Assembly (NCBI GenBank): GCA_035473955.1
Contig: DATINU010000314.1
Coordinates: 1-33,921, forward strand
Direction: 5' to 3'
DNA: 33,921 nucleotides
Source: Allosphingosinicella sp.
GTDB taxonomy: Bacteria > Pseudomonadota > Alphaproteobacteria > Sphingomonadales > Sphingomonadaceae
The notes beneath the pieces were generated by a model. It was not told the DNA's origin. It worked only from the letters and a program-made list of their open reading frames with translations, and made no database searches. A program made the position numbers and the translations under genes. This document shows, piece by piece, positions 23,290-33,921 of the stretch (its first letter is position 1; each line of letters begins with the position of its first letter).

Positions 23290-24405
23290 TCAGCCGCCCT
23301 TGAGCGCCTTCTGCACGCGCAGCCGATCGAGCATGCCGAGCCGGTCGGCGCGCAGCCGGGAGATGGTCGCGGCATCCAGCCGGGCGAGCGATTCGGCGAG
23401 CGCGCGGCGTTGCTCGGCCGGCGTCGCGGCGAAGGCAGCCGTTACGGCCCGGAGCGGCTCGCGGCGCTTCCAAAGGGCCCGGGCTTCGGCGGCGAACAGA
23501 TCGTGCAGCGCCTCCCCGGAAAAGTCGCGCTGGCCGGCGAGCAGGAGCGCCATTTCGGCCGCGTCGGCAACGGTGGTTCCGGTCAGGGGATGGACGAAGC
23601 CGCCGCGCAGGCCGAGCTTCGCCACCCGATGCCCGCCGAGCCGCCAGAACGCGGCGAAATCGCCGCCGATCGGCAACGGCCGGGAGGTCGCCCTTTCGCC
23701 CAGGATCGCCTTCTTCTGCCAGCCGCGCGCCTTCGCATAGGCGTCGAGCCGCGCGCCGGCCGCCTCGTCGGGCTGGGCTCGCTCCGACAGCGAAACGTCG
23801 GCCAGGATCAGCCGGTCCTCGGCCACCGGAATGCAGCGCATGAGGCGCAGGCCTCCGGTTTGATCGCCGGTCGCGTCGATCAGCACCGGCCGGTCGACCC
23901 GGTGCGGCGCCTTGAAGCGATAGTCGCGTTCGAAGCTCGCTTCGTAGAACAGATCGAGCGTCGAAAGACTGGCGGCGCCGCGGGCATCGATCGCGCCCTC
24001 GGCCTTCAGTTCCTCGCCGCCGTCGAGCACCAGCGCATCCTCGCGCACCGCCACCACCCGGGTGCCGAGCCGGTACTGCTTCTCGGTCAGCGTCTCCATC
24101 ATATGGGCGTGGAGGTCGGCGGCGGCGAAACCGCTCTGCTCCGCCTTCAGCTTGCGGCTGAAGCCGGGAAAGACGGTGTAGAAGCCCGGCCAGCGGTTCG
24201 TAACGACCGGCTCGAGCAGGTCGCGCGCGTCGCCGTGCAGATCGGCATCGGCGAAGAGGCGATAGGCTTCGCCGCCGAACGTCTCGTCCTCTTCGACGAT
24301 CAGGAAGGGCACGTCCGGCCGGTGGCGGGCGAGCGCGAGCGCGGCGAGGCAGCCGGCCAGCCCCCCGCCCGCGATCAGGATTCCGTTTCGTTTCCCCCGC
24401 GCCAT
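23290..24405 (-). CDS. Lycopene beta-cyclase (CrtY)-like flavoprotein, divergent
   Basis: IAGGGLAG, IDARG, PVLIDATGDQ, GLRGGFVHPLTG; several CrtY motifs are altered. Confidence 0.8.
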   Translation of the reverse strand: MARGKRNGILIAGGGLAGCLAALALARHRPDVPFLIVEEDETFGGEAYRLFADADLHGDARDLLEPVVTNRWPGFYTVFPGFSRKLKAEQSGFAAADLHAHMMETLTEKQYRLGTRVVAVREDALVLDGGEELKAEGAIDARGAASLSTLDLFYEASFERDYRFKAPHRVDRPVLIDATGDQTGGLRLMRCIPVAEDRLILADVSLSERAQPDEAAGARLDAYAKARGWQKKAILGERATSRPLPIGGDFAAFWRLGGHRVAKLGLRGGFVHPLTGTTVADAAEMALLLAGQRDFSGEALHDLFAAEARALWKRREPLRAVTAAFAATPAEQRRALAESLARLDAATISRLRADRLGMLDRLRVQKALKGG

Positions 24406-24491
24406 AGGCGAAGCCCAATACCCGATTCGCGCGACAGGACGCCACGGCGCCGCCCGGCCCGGCCCGAATTGGGACTGTTCCGCCGCAAGGG

Positions 24492-25004
<513 letters not shown>

Positions 25005-25048
25005 CTCTCCGCTATACCCGGGCGCGCTTGGCCGATAAAAGACAAAGC

Positions 25049-26137
25049 GTGAACGACGCGCCCCCGCCCCAGCGCAAGATCATCCATGTCGACATGGACG
25101 CCTTCTACGCGTCGGTCGAGCAGCGCGACAATCCGGAGCTGAGAGGCAAGCCCGTCGCGGTCGGCGGGCAGGTCCGCGGCGTCGTCACCGCGGCCTCCTA
25201 CGAGGCGCGCGAATATGGCGTCCGCTCGGCCATGCCCTCGGTCACCGCCAAGCGCCGCTGCCCGGACCTCATCTTCGTCAAGCCGCGCTTCGACGCCTAT
25301 CGCGAGGTCTCGCACCGGATCCGCGCGATCTTCCTGGAATATACGCCGCTGGTCGAGCCGCTGAGCCTCGACGAGGCCTATCTCGACGTTACCGAGGATT
25401 TGAAGGGGATCGGCATCGCCACCCGGATCGCCGAGGAGATCCGCGAGCGCATCCGCGCCGAAACCGGGCTCACCGCCTCGGCCGGCGTCTCCTACAACAA
25501 GTTCCTCGCCAAGCTCGCTTCGGACCAGAACAAGCCCGACGGCCTCTGCGTGATCACGCCCGCCAAGGGCGAGGCCTTCGTCGCCGCCCTGCCGGTCAAG
25601 CGCTTTCACGGCATCGGCCCCAAGACGGCGGAGAAGATGGCGCGGCTCGGCATCGAGACGGGCGCCGACCTGCGCGCCCAGAGCCTCGCCTTCCTGACCC
25701 ACAATTTCGGCTCGAGCGGGGACTATTATTACAATCTCGCCCGCGGCATCTGCCACCGCCAGGTGAAGCCGAACCGCCCCTGGAAATCGATGGGGGCGGA
25801 GGACACCTTCTTCGAGGACCTGATTGAGGAGGCGCCGATGCTGGCCGAGCTGGAAAAGCTCAGCCATACCGTCTGGCGCCGCCTCTCGGAAAAGGAGATC
25901 AGCGGCCGCACCGTGACGCTCAAGGTGAAATATCAGGATTTCCGGATCGTCACCCGCGCCCGCAGCCTCGGCCGCGCCGTCGCGACCCGCGAGGAATTCC
26001 TGGAGATCGGCTGCGCCCTGCTCCGCACCCTGCTGCCGCCGCGCACCGGCATCCGCCTGCTCGGCCTCACCTTGTCCAACCTCAGCGAAGGCGCCGAAGA
26101 GGCCGAGGAACCGCGCGAGCTGGAGCTGCCCCTTTAA
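25049..26137 (+). CDS. dinB: DNA polymerase IV
   Basis: [40 protein letters not shown]; start GTG 25049 or TTG 25028. Confidence 0.96.
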   Translation: MNDAPPPQRKIIHVDMDAFYASVEQRDNPELRGKPVAVGGQVRGVVTAASYEAREYGVRSAMPSVTAKRRCPDLIFVKPRFDAYREVSHRIRAIFLEYTPLVEPLSLDEAYLDVTEDLKGIGIATRIAEEIRERIRAETGLTASAGVSYNKFLAKLASDQNKPDGLCVITPAKGEAFVAALPVKRFHGIGPKTAEKMARLGIETGADLRAQSLAFLTHNFGSSGDYYYNLARGICHRQVKPNRPWKSMGAEDTFFEDLIEEAPMLAELEKLSHTVWRRLSEKEISGRTVTLKVKYQDFRIVTRARSLGRAVATREEFLEIGCALLRTLLPPRTGIRLLGLTLSNLSEGAEEAEEPRELELPL

Positions 26138-26724
26138 TGTGCAACGACTATCGCCTGCTCGAGCGCGTTCCGGTGGAGGAGATTTTCGCCGGCTTCGGCG
26201 CCGTCCTGGCCACGCCCGAGGGCCTGCCCAATTTCGAGCCGCGCGAAGATATCAGGATCACCGACCGGGCGCCGATCGTCCGCGCCGCCGGCGATGGCTC
26301 GGGCGCGTTCGAGCTGGTCCAGCGCCGCTGGTCCTGGCCCGCGCCGAACGGGCGGCCGGTCTACAATTTCCGCTCGGAAGGGCGCGATCTTTCGCGGGGC
26401 CGCTGCCTGATCCTCGCCGACGGCTTCTACGAATTCACCGCGAACGCGGACCCGGCTGCGAGGCGCAAGCACAAGTGGTTGTTCACGCTGAACGGCGCGG
26501 CCTCGTTCGCCATTGCCGGCCTCTGGCGGCGCGACCCGGCGGTCGGCGAAGCCTTTACGATGCTGACGACGGCGCCGGGCGCCGACGTCGCGCCCTATCA
26601 CGATCGCGGGATCGCCGTGCTGCCGCCCGCTTGTTGGACGCGCTGGCTCGATCCGGCGGTGCCGGCCGCACAGCTGCTGGCGCCGCCGCCGGCCGGCAGC
26701 CTCGCCGTCCGCCAGCTCGCTTGA
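26137..26724 (+). CDS. SRAP/HMCES (YedK-like) abasic-site protection protein
   Basis: N-terminal MC, NFRSE, RCLILADGFYEF, PYHDR; TAATG overlap with dinB. Confidence 0.9.
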   Translation: MCNDYRLLERVPVEEIFAGFGAVLATPEGLPNFEPREDIRITDRAPIVRAAGDGSGAFELVQRRWSWPAPNGRPVYNFRSEGRDLSRGRCLILADGFYEFTANADPAARRKHKWLFTLNGAASFAIAGLWRRDPAVGEAFTMLTTAPGADVAPYHDRGIAVLPPACWTRWLDPAVPAAQLLAPPPAGSLAVRQLA

Positions 26725-26727
26725 GCG

Positions 26728-26970
26728 TCAGGGGCTCGACGGCCCGTCGTCGAACGGGAAGGTGCCGGTCGCCGCGAGCAGGCCGAGAATGGCGAGGATC
26801 GCCAGCGTCGGCAGGATGATGCCGCCGCGAATGCCGTTCGCATCCTCGCTCGACGCGCCGGCGCGCGCGGTCGCGCTGAGCGAGAGCGGCGCGGCCGAAC
26901 GGGCCTGCGCGGCGGCGGGGCCGGCGGCGAGGGCGGTCGCGGCGATGAGGGCGATGAATTTCTTACGCAT
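26728..26970 (-). CDS. Small exported/membrane-anchored protein (80 aa)
   Basis: MRKKFIALIAATALAAGPAAA signal peptide, C-terminal hydrophobic helix, DDGPSSP tail; GAGGA SD; upstream TTGCCG-17-TAGATC. Confidence 0.8.
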   Translation of the reverse strand: MRKKFIALIAATALAAGPAAAQARSAAPLSLSATARAGASSEDANGIRGGIILPTLAILAILGLLAATGTFPFDDGPSSP

Positions 26971-27103
26971 GACTGGTCCTCTTGATTCTCTTCCACGCCA
27001 GCGGCGGGGGTGGAGCCGATCTATCCCGCTCTTCCCCCGGCGGCAAGCACCGCGCCGCGCAATTGGCGCCTTCCACGCGCCGGGCGGACGGGCTAGGACG
27101 GGG

Positions 27104-29113
<2,010 letters not shown>

Positions 29114-29202
29114 GGCTGGATCCACGCATCACGCAGCCTTCTTGCCTTCCGACCGTCAGCAAGGCACGTTCCGCTCTCGCAACAATCGGACCGGGCGGCC
29201 GG

Positions 29203-29232
29203 CTTGTCCGCCGAAGCCTTGGCGAAGGCGGA
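29203..29232. repeat. Short palindromic repeat (TCCGCC-GAAGCCTTGGCGAA-GGCGGA)
   Basis: TCCGCC/GGCGGA and GCC/GGC nested stems; translates as LSAEALAKAE. Confidence 0.6.
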
Positions 29233-29236
29233 AAGC

Positions 29237-29254
29237 GGCATGGCCGAGATGAGC
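29237..29254 (+). repeat. Exact 18-bp copy of the thiC 3' coding sequence
   Basis: GGCATGGCCGAGATGAGC at 29033-29050 (in thiC) and 29237-29254. Confidence 0.95.
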
Positions 29255-29268
29255 GAGAGACGGATCCA

Positions 29269-29766
29269 GTGACCAAGTTCTTCTTCAAGGCGAATGACGA
29301 CGTGCTGTCGCACTGCCGCTGCGAAGGCGCGCCGGCCATGTCCGAAGGCCAGCTGGACTGCCCATGGTGCGGCTGTGGCTGGATGATCTCCTGTTCCCGC
29401 TGCGGAAAGTCGTTCACCTTCGCCGAGGTCCGCGAAACCGATATTCCCCTGCGCGAGCTGGGACGCCGCGAGGCAGATACGCGCGGCCTCAAGGATATCA
29501 CCGACAAGCAGGTCGCGGACTGGGCCGAAAGCATGGCCGAAACGCTGGACTATTTCGAAGTCGGGGACATCGTCGTCTATCTGGATGGCCTCTATTGGCG
29601 CATGGACGAGACGGTTATCGCCTTCAAAGGCTTCTACGCCGCCCACGATCTCGAACGCTTGCCCCACGTCGAGGCGCTCAGCGATCCGGGCCACCTCCGT
29701 CGCGTTCTCGGTGACCCGAACTATTGGTTCGACCGGGAATTGCCAGACCGCGATCCGAATCGGTGA
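29269..29766 (+). CDS. Hypothetical Cys-rich (probable Zn-binding) protein
   Basis: GTG start inferred; HCRC, CPWCGC, CSRC; codon usage looks coding from 29269 onward. Confidence 0.75.
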   Translation: MTKFFFKANDDVLSHCRCEGAPAMSEGQLDCPWCGCGWMISCSRCGKSFTFAEVRETDIPLRELGRREADTRGLKDITDKQVADWAESMAETLDYFEVGDIVVYLDGLYWRMDETVIAFKGFYAAHDLERLPHVEALSDPGHLRRVLGDPNYWFDRELPDRDPNR

Positions 29767-29862
29767 GCCATCTCGCGACCCAAGACGCAATGCTTGGTTG
29801 CTAGGCTCGCCTGAGTCTCGCCCACCCGCGCAACCCTCGCCTCCCGGACACGTTCCCACCCA

Positions 29863-30240
29863 ATGCTCAGCCACGTCTCCCTAGGCACCAACGATGCCGC
29901 CCGCGCCGCCGCCTTTTACGATCCCGTCCTCGCCACATTGGGCATCCGCAAACTGCATGAGCGCGACGGCTCGATCGATTACGGCACCTCGATCATGTTC
30001 TTCAGCCTCGAAAAGCCGACCGACGGCAAGCCGGCGAGCGTCGGCAACGGCGTTCACGTCGCTTTCCAGGCCGAGACTCGCGCCATGGTGGACGACTTCT
30101 ACAAGACCGCCCTCGCCAATGGCGGCACCGACGCCGGCCCGCCGGGCCTGCGCCCCGAATATGACGCGAACTATTACGGCGCCTTCGTCCGCGATCCCGA
30201 CGGCAACAAGATCGAGGCGGTCAGCTTCCTGTCTGCATGA
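29863..30240 (+). CDS. VOC/glyoxalase family protein
   Basis: LSHVSLGTND, GNGVHVAF, PGLRPEY, YYGAFVRDPDGNKIEAV. Confidence 0.94.
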   Translation: MLSHVSLGTNDAARAAAFYDPVLATLGIRKLHERDGSIDYGTSIMFFSLEKPTDGKPASVGNGVHVAFQAETRAMVDDFYKTALANGGTDAGPPGLRPEYDANYYGAFVRDPDGNKIEAVSFLSA

Positions 30241-30256
30241 TTCGAGGAGAAGTCCC

Positions 30257-30655
30257 ATGCATATCGCCGGCATCAACTGGGCCGCCGTGCTGGTCGCGGC
30301 CGCCGCGTTTTTCGCGATCGGCTTCGTCATCCACATGCGGCTGGTCGACCTCAAGGCCTGGGACGCCGCCAAGCACACCGATCAGGCGCGCCTGAGCAGG
30401 GGCCGCATGGCCGCCGGCATGATCCTGCCGCTCGCCACCGCGGTCGGGCTCGCCATCCTGTTCAGCTGGGCCGATGTCACCGGCGTCGCCGACGGCGTCA
30501 AATGGGCCCTCGTGGTCGCCCTTGCGTCGGCGCTGCCGGTGCTCTGGTACAATTGGTTCTACGGCACCGCGCCGGTCTGGATCTTCTGGGTCGATTCCGC
30601 CCACCAGCTGCTCGGCCATGCCGTCGTCGGCGCCATCGTGGCCGGCTGGCGCTAG
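30257..30655 (+). CDS. DUF1761-like membrane protein
   Basis: INWAAVLVAA start, four hydrophobic segments, WVDSAHQ; GAGGAG SD. Confidence 0.75.
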   Translation: MHIAGINWAAVLVAAAAFFAIGFVIHMRLVDLKAWDAAKHTDQARLSRGRMAAGMILPLATAVGLAILFSWADVTGVADGVKWALVVALASALPVLWYNWFYGTAPVWIFWVDSAHQLLGHAVVGAIVAGWR

Positions 30656-30796
30656 GCCCGCTCGAACAACGCGCCTGAACATCGCTTTCACGCACCCCGG
30701 CCCACTCAACTCGTCGCACCGCAGAGGGAGATTTTCCTACACCCCCACGAATGGGATAAATGCTTCGCTCCTTTTCGACTCGAAGGAGCAAGGATC

Positions 30797-31510
30797 ATGA
30801 AGCGTCACCCGGAAAAAGAATGGACGGTCGAGGAGTTCAACGATTGGTGCGCGGCGACCGACCGGTTTGAGGCGGTCGCCAAGGCGGCGGACGAGGAGGG
30901 CGGGCCGAGCCTTTCGCTGGTGCCGACGACCGAGCGGGGCGAGGTCTGGCCCACTGACCTTCTGCCCCCAGCCGCGCCGGAGCCGCCGGCTGAAGGCGAG
31001 CGGCCCACCGACACCTCTACCGAACCGCCCATCCCCGCCACCCCGTTCGACGGCGTTGAACTGGAGGACAGCCGCAAGCGCCTCGCCGGCTGGAGCGCGG
31101 ACCGGCAGCGGCTGTTCCTCGTCACCCTCGCCGAAACCGGGTCGGTCCATATTGCCGCCGCCGCCGCGCGGCTGACGGCGCGCTCGGCCTATAAGCTGCG
31201 CGCCCGCTCGCCGGCCTTCGCCAAGGCCTGGGATACGGCGGACCAGCTCGCCGTGGGGCGGCTCTCCGCCATCGCCTTCGATCGCGCGATCAGCGGCCGC
31301 ATCGAGCAGGTCTGGCAAAGCGGCGAGCTGGTCGCGGAGAAGCGCGTGCCGAGCGACCGGCTGCTGATGTGGCTGCTGGCCCGGCTCGATCCCCGCCGCT
31401 TCGCCGCCCCGTGGGAGCTGCGCAAGGACGGCGCCGCCGATCCCCAGGCCGAAGCGCGGGAGGCCTTTCCGGCTTTGCTCGACGCCATCACGGACGTGGT
31501 GTCGGAATAG
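30797..31510 (+). CDS. Hypothetical HTH-like protein
   Basis: Pro/acidic N-terminus, then GWSADRQRLFLVTLAETGSVHIAAAAARLTARSAYKLR...FAKAWD...SDRLLMWLL; AAGGAG SD. Confidence 0.82.
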   Translation: MKRHPEKEWTVEEFNDWCAATDRFEAVAKAADEEGGPSLSLVPTTERGEVWPTDLLPPAAPEPPAEGERPTDTSTEPPIPATPFDGVELEDSRKRLAGWSADRQRLFLVTLAETGSVHIAAAAARLTARSAYKLRARSPAFAKAWDTADQLAVGRLSAIAFDRAISGRIEQVWQSGELVAEKRVPSDRLLMWLLARLDPRRFAAPWELRKDGAADPQAEAREAFPALLDAITDVVSE

Positions 31511-31636
31511 CCCATGGTCAGTGCGAACATTGGGAACATTCGCGCCGGAGCGAGGCGCGCAGCGAAGCAGCGCGCCGGTGGCCCACGGCCACGCGAACGG
31601 CCGGCCGACGGGTCGCGGAGCGAACCCGATCGACGT

Positions 31637-31656
31637 CACGATACAATGGTATCGTG
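31637..31656. promoter_or_regulatory. Perfect palindrome (operator or hairpin)
   Basis: CACGATAC-AATG-GTATCGTG. Confidence 0.55.
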
Positions 31657-31779
31657 GCGCACCCCGGCCCGCCACCCTGCCCCCCGTGAAAAGCAAGGGC
31701 GATCATTCACCCGTCTGAAAATCATCGATAAAAGCCGCGCAGCGCCCGAACATTCGGGGCGCGCCTGTGGGAGGGATTG

Positions 31780-32667
31780 ATGTCTGCTTTGCTTCGCGCG
31801 GCCGCCTTGCTGGCCGTCCTCGTCGCCGCCCCGGCGGCGCTCGCGCAGGACGGCGCGCAGGCCAATCCGGAATCCAACGTGATCGTCACCGGCGAGCGCG
31901 ACCGCGAGCAGGCGGTGCGCGATTTCGTCGGGGCGCTGACCGCGGGGCCGATGAACGGCCAGCTCAGCCGCTTCGAGGAGGCGATCTGCCCGGCCGCGTT
32001 CGGCCTTTCCGCGCCGATGCGCGCGGCGGTCGAGGCGCGGATGCGCGTGGTCGCGACCGCGGCCGGGCTGGAGGTCGGCGGCGCGCGCTGCACGCCCAAT
32101 GTGCTGCTGATGGTGACCCGCGACAAGCAGGCGCTGATCCGCGCGATCGCGCGGCGCTCTCCCCAATATTTCGGCGAGGAGCGGGAGAATCGGGCGGCGC
32201 GCATCGCCGCGCAGCCGGGCGCCGCCTCGGCCTGGCATGCCGAGGAAAGGCGCAATGCAGACGGCCGCGCGCTGCCCATGCAGGGCGGGTTCGCCGTCAA
32301 CCAGACGAGCGGTTCGGCCTCGCGCCTCGCCGCCTCGGGCCGCCGCGCCTTCATCGCCGCCGCGGTGGTGGTGGAAAGCGAGGCTTTGGTCGGCCTCTCG
32401 CCCACCCAGCTCGCCGATTATGCGCTGATGCGCGCGCTGGCGCGGACCGATCCCGGCCGGCTCGACGCCGCCGGCCCGCCGACCATCCTTACCGCGCTCG
32501 ACGCGCCGCCCGGGAGCGAGGTGCCGCTCTCCATGACCCGCTGGGATCTGGGCTTTCTGCGCGGGCTCTATGCCGCGCAGGACAATCTCTATGCCACCGC
32601 GCACCGCGGCCAGATCGCCCGCAGCCTGGAGACGGAGCTGCAGCAGCCGGACGAGACCGGGGATTGA
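31780..32667 (+). CDS. Secreted hypothetical protein
   Basis: Signal peptide ending ALA-Q, VIVTGER, SRFEEAICP, CTPNV, QLADYALMRALA, LRGLY; GGAGG SD. Confidence 0.85.
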   Translation: MSALLRAAALLAVLVAAPAALAQDGAQANPESNVIVTGERDREQAVRDFVGALTAGPMNGQLSRFEEAICPAAFGLSAPMRAAVEARMRVVATAAGLEVGGARCTPNVLLMVTRDKQALIRAIARRSPQYFGEERENRAARIAAQPGAASAWHAEERRNADGRALPMQGGFAVNQTSGSASRLAASGRRAFIAAAVVVESEALVGLSPTQLADYALMRALARTDPGRLDAAGPPTILTALDAPPGSEVPLSMTRWDLGFLRGLYAAQDNLYATAHRGQIARSLETELQQPDETGD

Positions 32668-32821
32668 GCAGGCCGGCGCCGCTTTTCTTGCGGGATGGCA
32701 AGCTGCGAAGGTGAGAAGCTCCGCCCGAAGTCGGCCGACAGTCGGAGGGCGGTCGTTTATTCGATTCTACTTGAACCGCTAAAGATGTTACGCTGCCGTC
32801 ATCTTTGGGCGGGAGGGCGAG

Positions 32822-33921
32822 ATGGCCGATATTCGCGCGGTGGAGGAACTGGCTCGGCTGACGGCGCGGGCCGCGGCGCGGCCCGACGATCTGCTCGGCG
32901 ACCTGGACGAGCTGCTTGCCTTCCTCGTCGAAAGCGAGAACCAGACGCTGGCGCTCATCGCCTATCTGAAGCATCGCCAAAGGCCTCCGGTCGCGCCGCC
33001 CGGCGGCGACATCGAGTTCGGCTTCGTTCTCTACTGGCTCCATCATCCGCCGTTGGCGGTGGAGCTCTACCTCGCGCTCCATCCGTTGCTGCTGATCGCC
33101 TACGAGCTGCTGCTGAGCCGGGCCCCGCCGACCAACCTCACCCGTGGGGAATATGAGGAGCTGGAGGCCGCGTTCCACCATTATGGCGAGCCCGGCCCGG
33201 ACGGCACGATCTACGGCTACAAGAAATATCAGCAGCTCGATCACGATTGGATGCTGGCCGCGCTCAACTATGTGCTGAACGTGCTCGATCCATGCGCCAT
33301 CCACCCGTTCCCGGACAACCGGGTCGTGCCGATCCCCCTCTGCCGCAAGGACGGCGACACGGCGAAGGATCCGGTGCTCGGCATCGTCGGCGATTGGGGC
33401 ACGGGCTATTTCCCCGACGAAGGCGGCGCGCCCTGCCCGGCCCAGCGCGTGATCGAGCAGATCGCCGATCCCGCCAGGTCGCCGCCGATCGACTATCTGA
33501 TCCATCTCGGCGACGTCTATTATGCGGGCACCGACTGGCGCCCCGTGCATGGCGAGGAAGCGGACAATTTCTACGCGCTCTGGCCGGACCAGGGGCAGGG
33601 GCGCAATTTCACCTTGAACTCCAACCACGAAATGTACGGCGCCGCGTCGGGCTATTTCGACGTGGCCCTGCAACGCAGCGGCCTGTTCGCCGCGCAGAAC
33701 GGGATGAGCTATTTCGCTTTGACCTACGGCCCGTGGCTCGTCCTCGGCCTCGATTCCGGCTATTATTCCGACGCCTATAACGGCCGCGAATTCTACATGG
33801 CCGGCGCGATCGGCGCCCCGGGGCTCGAACGGCAGATCGATTGGGTAAAGCAGTTCCGCACCCACCAGGGGCCGATCATGGTGATGACGCACCATGACAC
33901 GTGCGACCTCGCCGGCGAGAC
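32822..33921 (+). CDS. Calcineurin-like metallophosphoesterase with N-terminal helical extension (runs off window end)
   Basis: Not in ORF track. Manual translation from ATG 32822 (GGAGG SD) shows GDWGTG, HLGDVYY, NSNHE, LGLDSG, MTHH. Confidence 0.88.
   Translation, partial: MADIRAVEELARLTARAAARPDDLLGDLDELLAFLVESENQTLALIAYLKHRQRPPVAPPGGDIEFGFVLYWLHHPPLAVELYLALHPLLLIAYELLLSRAPPTNLTRGEYEELEAAFHHYGEPGPDGTIYGYKKYQQLDHDWMLAALNYVLNVLDPCAIHPFPDNRVVPIPLCRKDGDTAKDPVLGIVGDWGTGYFPDEGGAPCPAQRVIEQIADPARSPPIDYLIHLGDVYYAGTDWRPVHGEEADNFYALWPDQGQGRNFTLNSNHEMYGAASGYFDVALQRSGLFAAQNGMSYFALTYGPWLVLGLDSGYYSDAYNGREFYMAGAIGAPGLERQIDWVKQFRTHQGPIMVMTHHDTCDLAGE

Larger units (their letters stand above)
30691..31670. 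repeat. 13-bp direct repeats flanking a single-gene unit
   Basis: CGCACCCCGGCCC at 30691-30703 and 31658-31670. Confidence 0.7.

Noticed and set aside
21359-24445. 1028-aa ORF suggesting a CrtY-VWA fusion
   Set aside because: The upstream part is an Arg/Pro-rich off-frame reading of the crtY-like gene. The VWA gene has its own SD and signal peptide at 23206.
31525-31537. GAAC-N5-GAAC as a LexA box
   Set aside because: The alphaproteobacterial box needs N7 spacing.
32489-33895. 468-aa minus-strand ORF
   Set aside because: Shadow of the plus-strand metallophosphoesterase.

Overview
GC-rich alphaproteobacterial chromosome segment. Gene order and protein families point to Sphingomonadaceae (inference). 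It is mostly core genes: partial M23 peptidase, Suv3-like helicase-hslR-fdxA-doxX-carD, two GIN/DUF2807 proteins, mgtE, cyclophilin, SDR, LysR with a divergent SuhB-like sRNA, a CDC48/VCP-type AAA ATPase, MFS, phospholipid methyltransferase, cardiolipin synthase-like PLD, recF-gyrB, a VWA protein, an orphan CrtY-like protein, macrodomain/dinB/SRAP, and TPP riboswitch-thiC. I found no rRNA, tRNA, CRISPR array, integrase or transposase. The accessory signals are small-scale: (1) a low-GC PD-(D/E)XK-like gene after gyrB followed by a frameshifted GFA gene; (2) a relic second copy of the thiC 3' end coupled to an unknown Cys-rich gene; (3) an HTH-like gene inside a ~980 bp unit bounded by 13-bp direct repeats and palindromes, the best candidate for an undescribed element; (4) two sequence-divergent but structure-conserved four-way-junction repeats; and (5) a highly structured carD leader. 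All calls come from reading the sequence and recalled family motifs. No searches were run.
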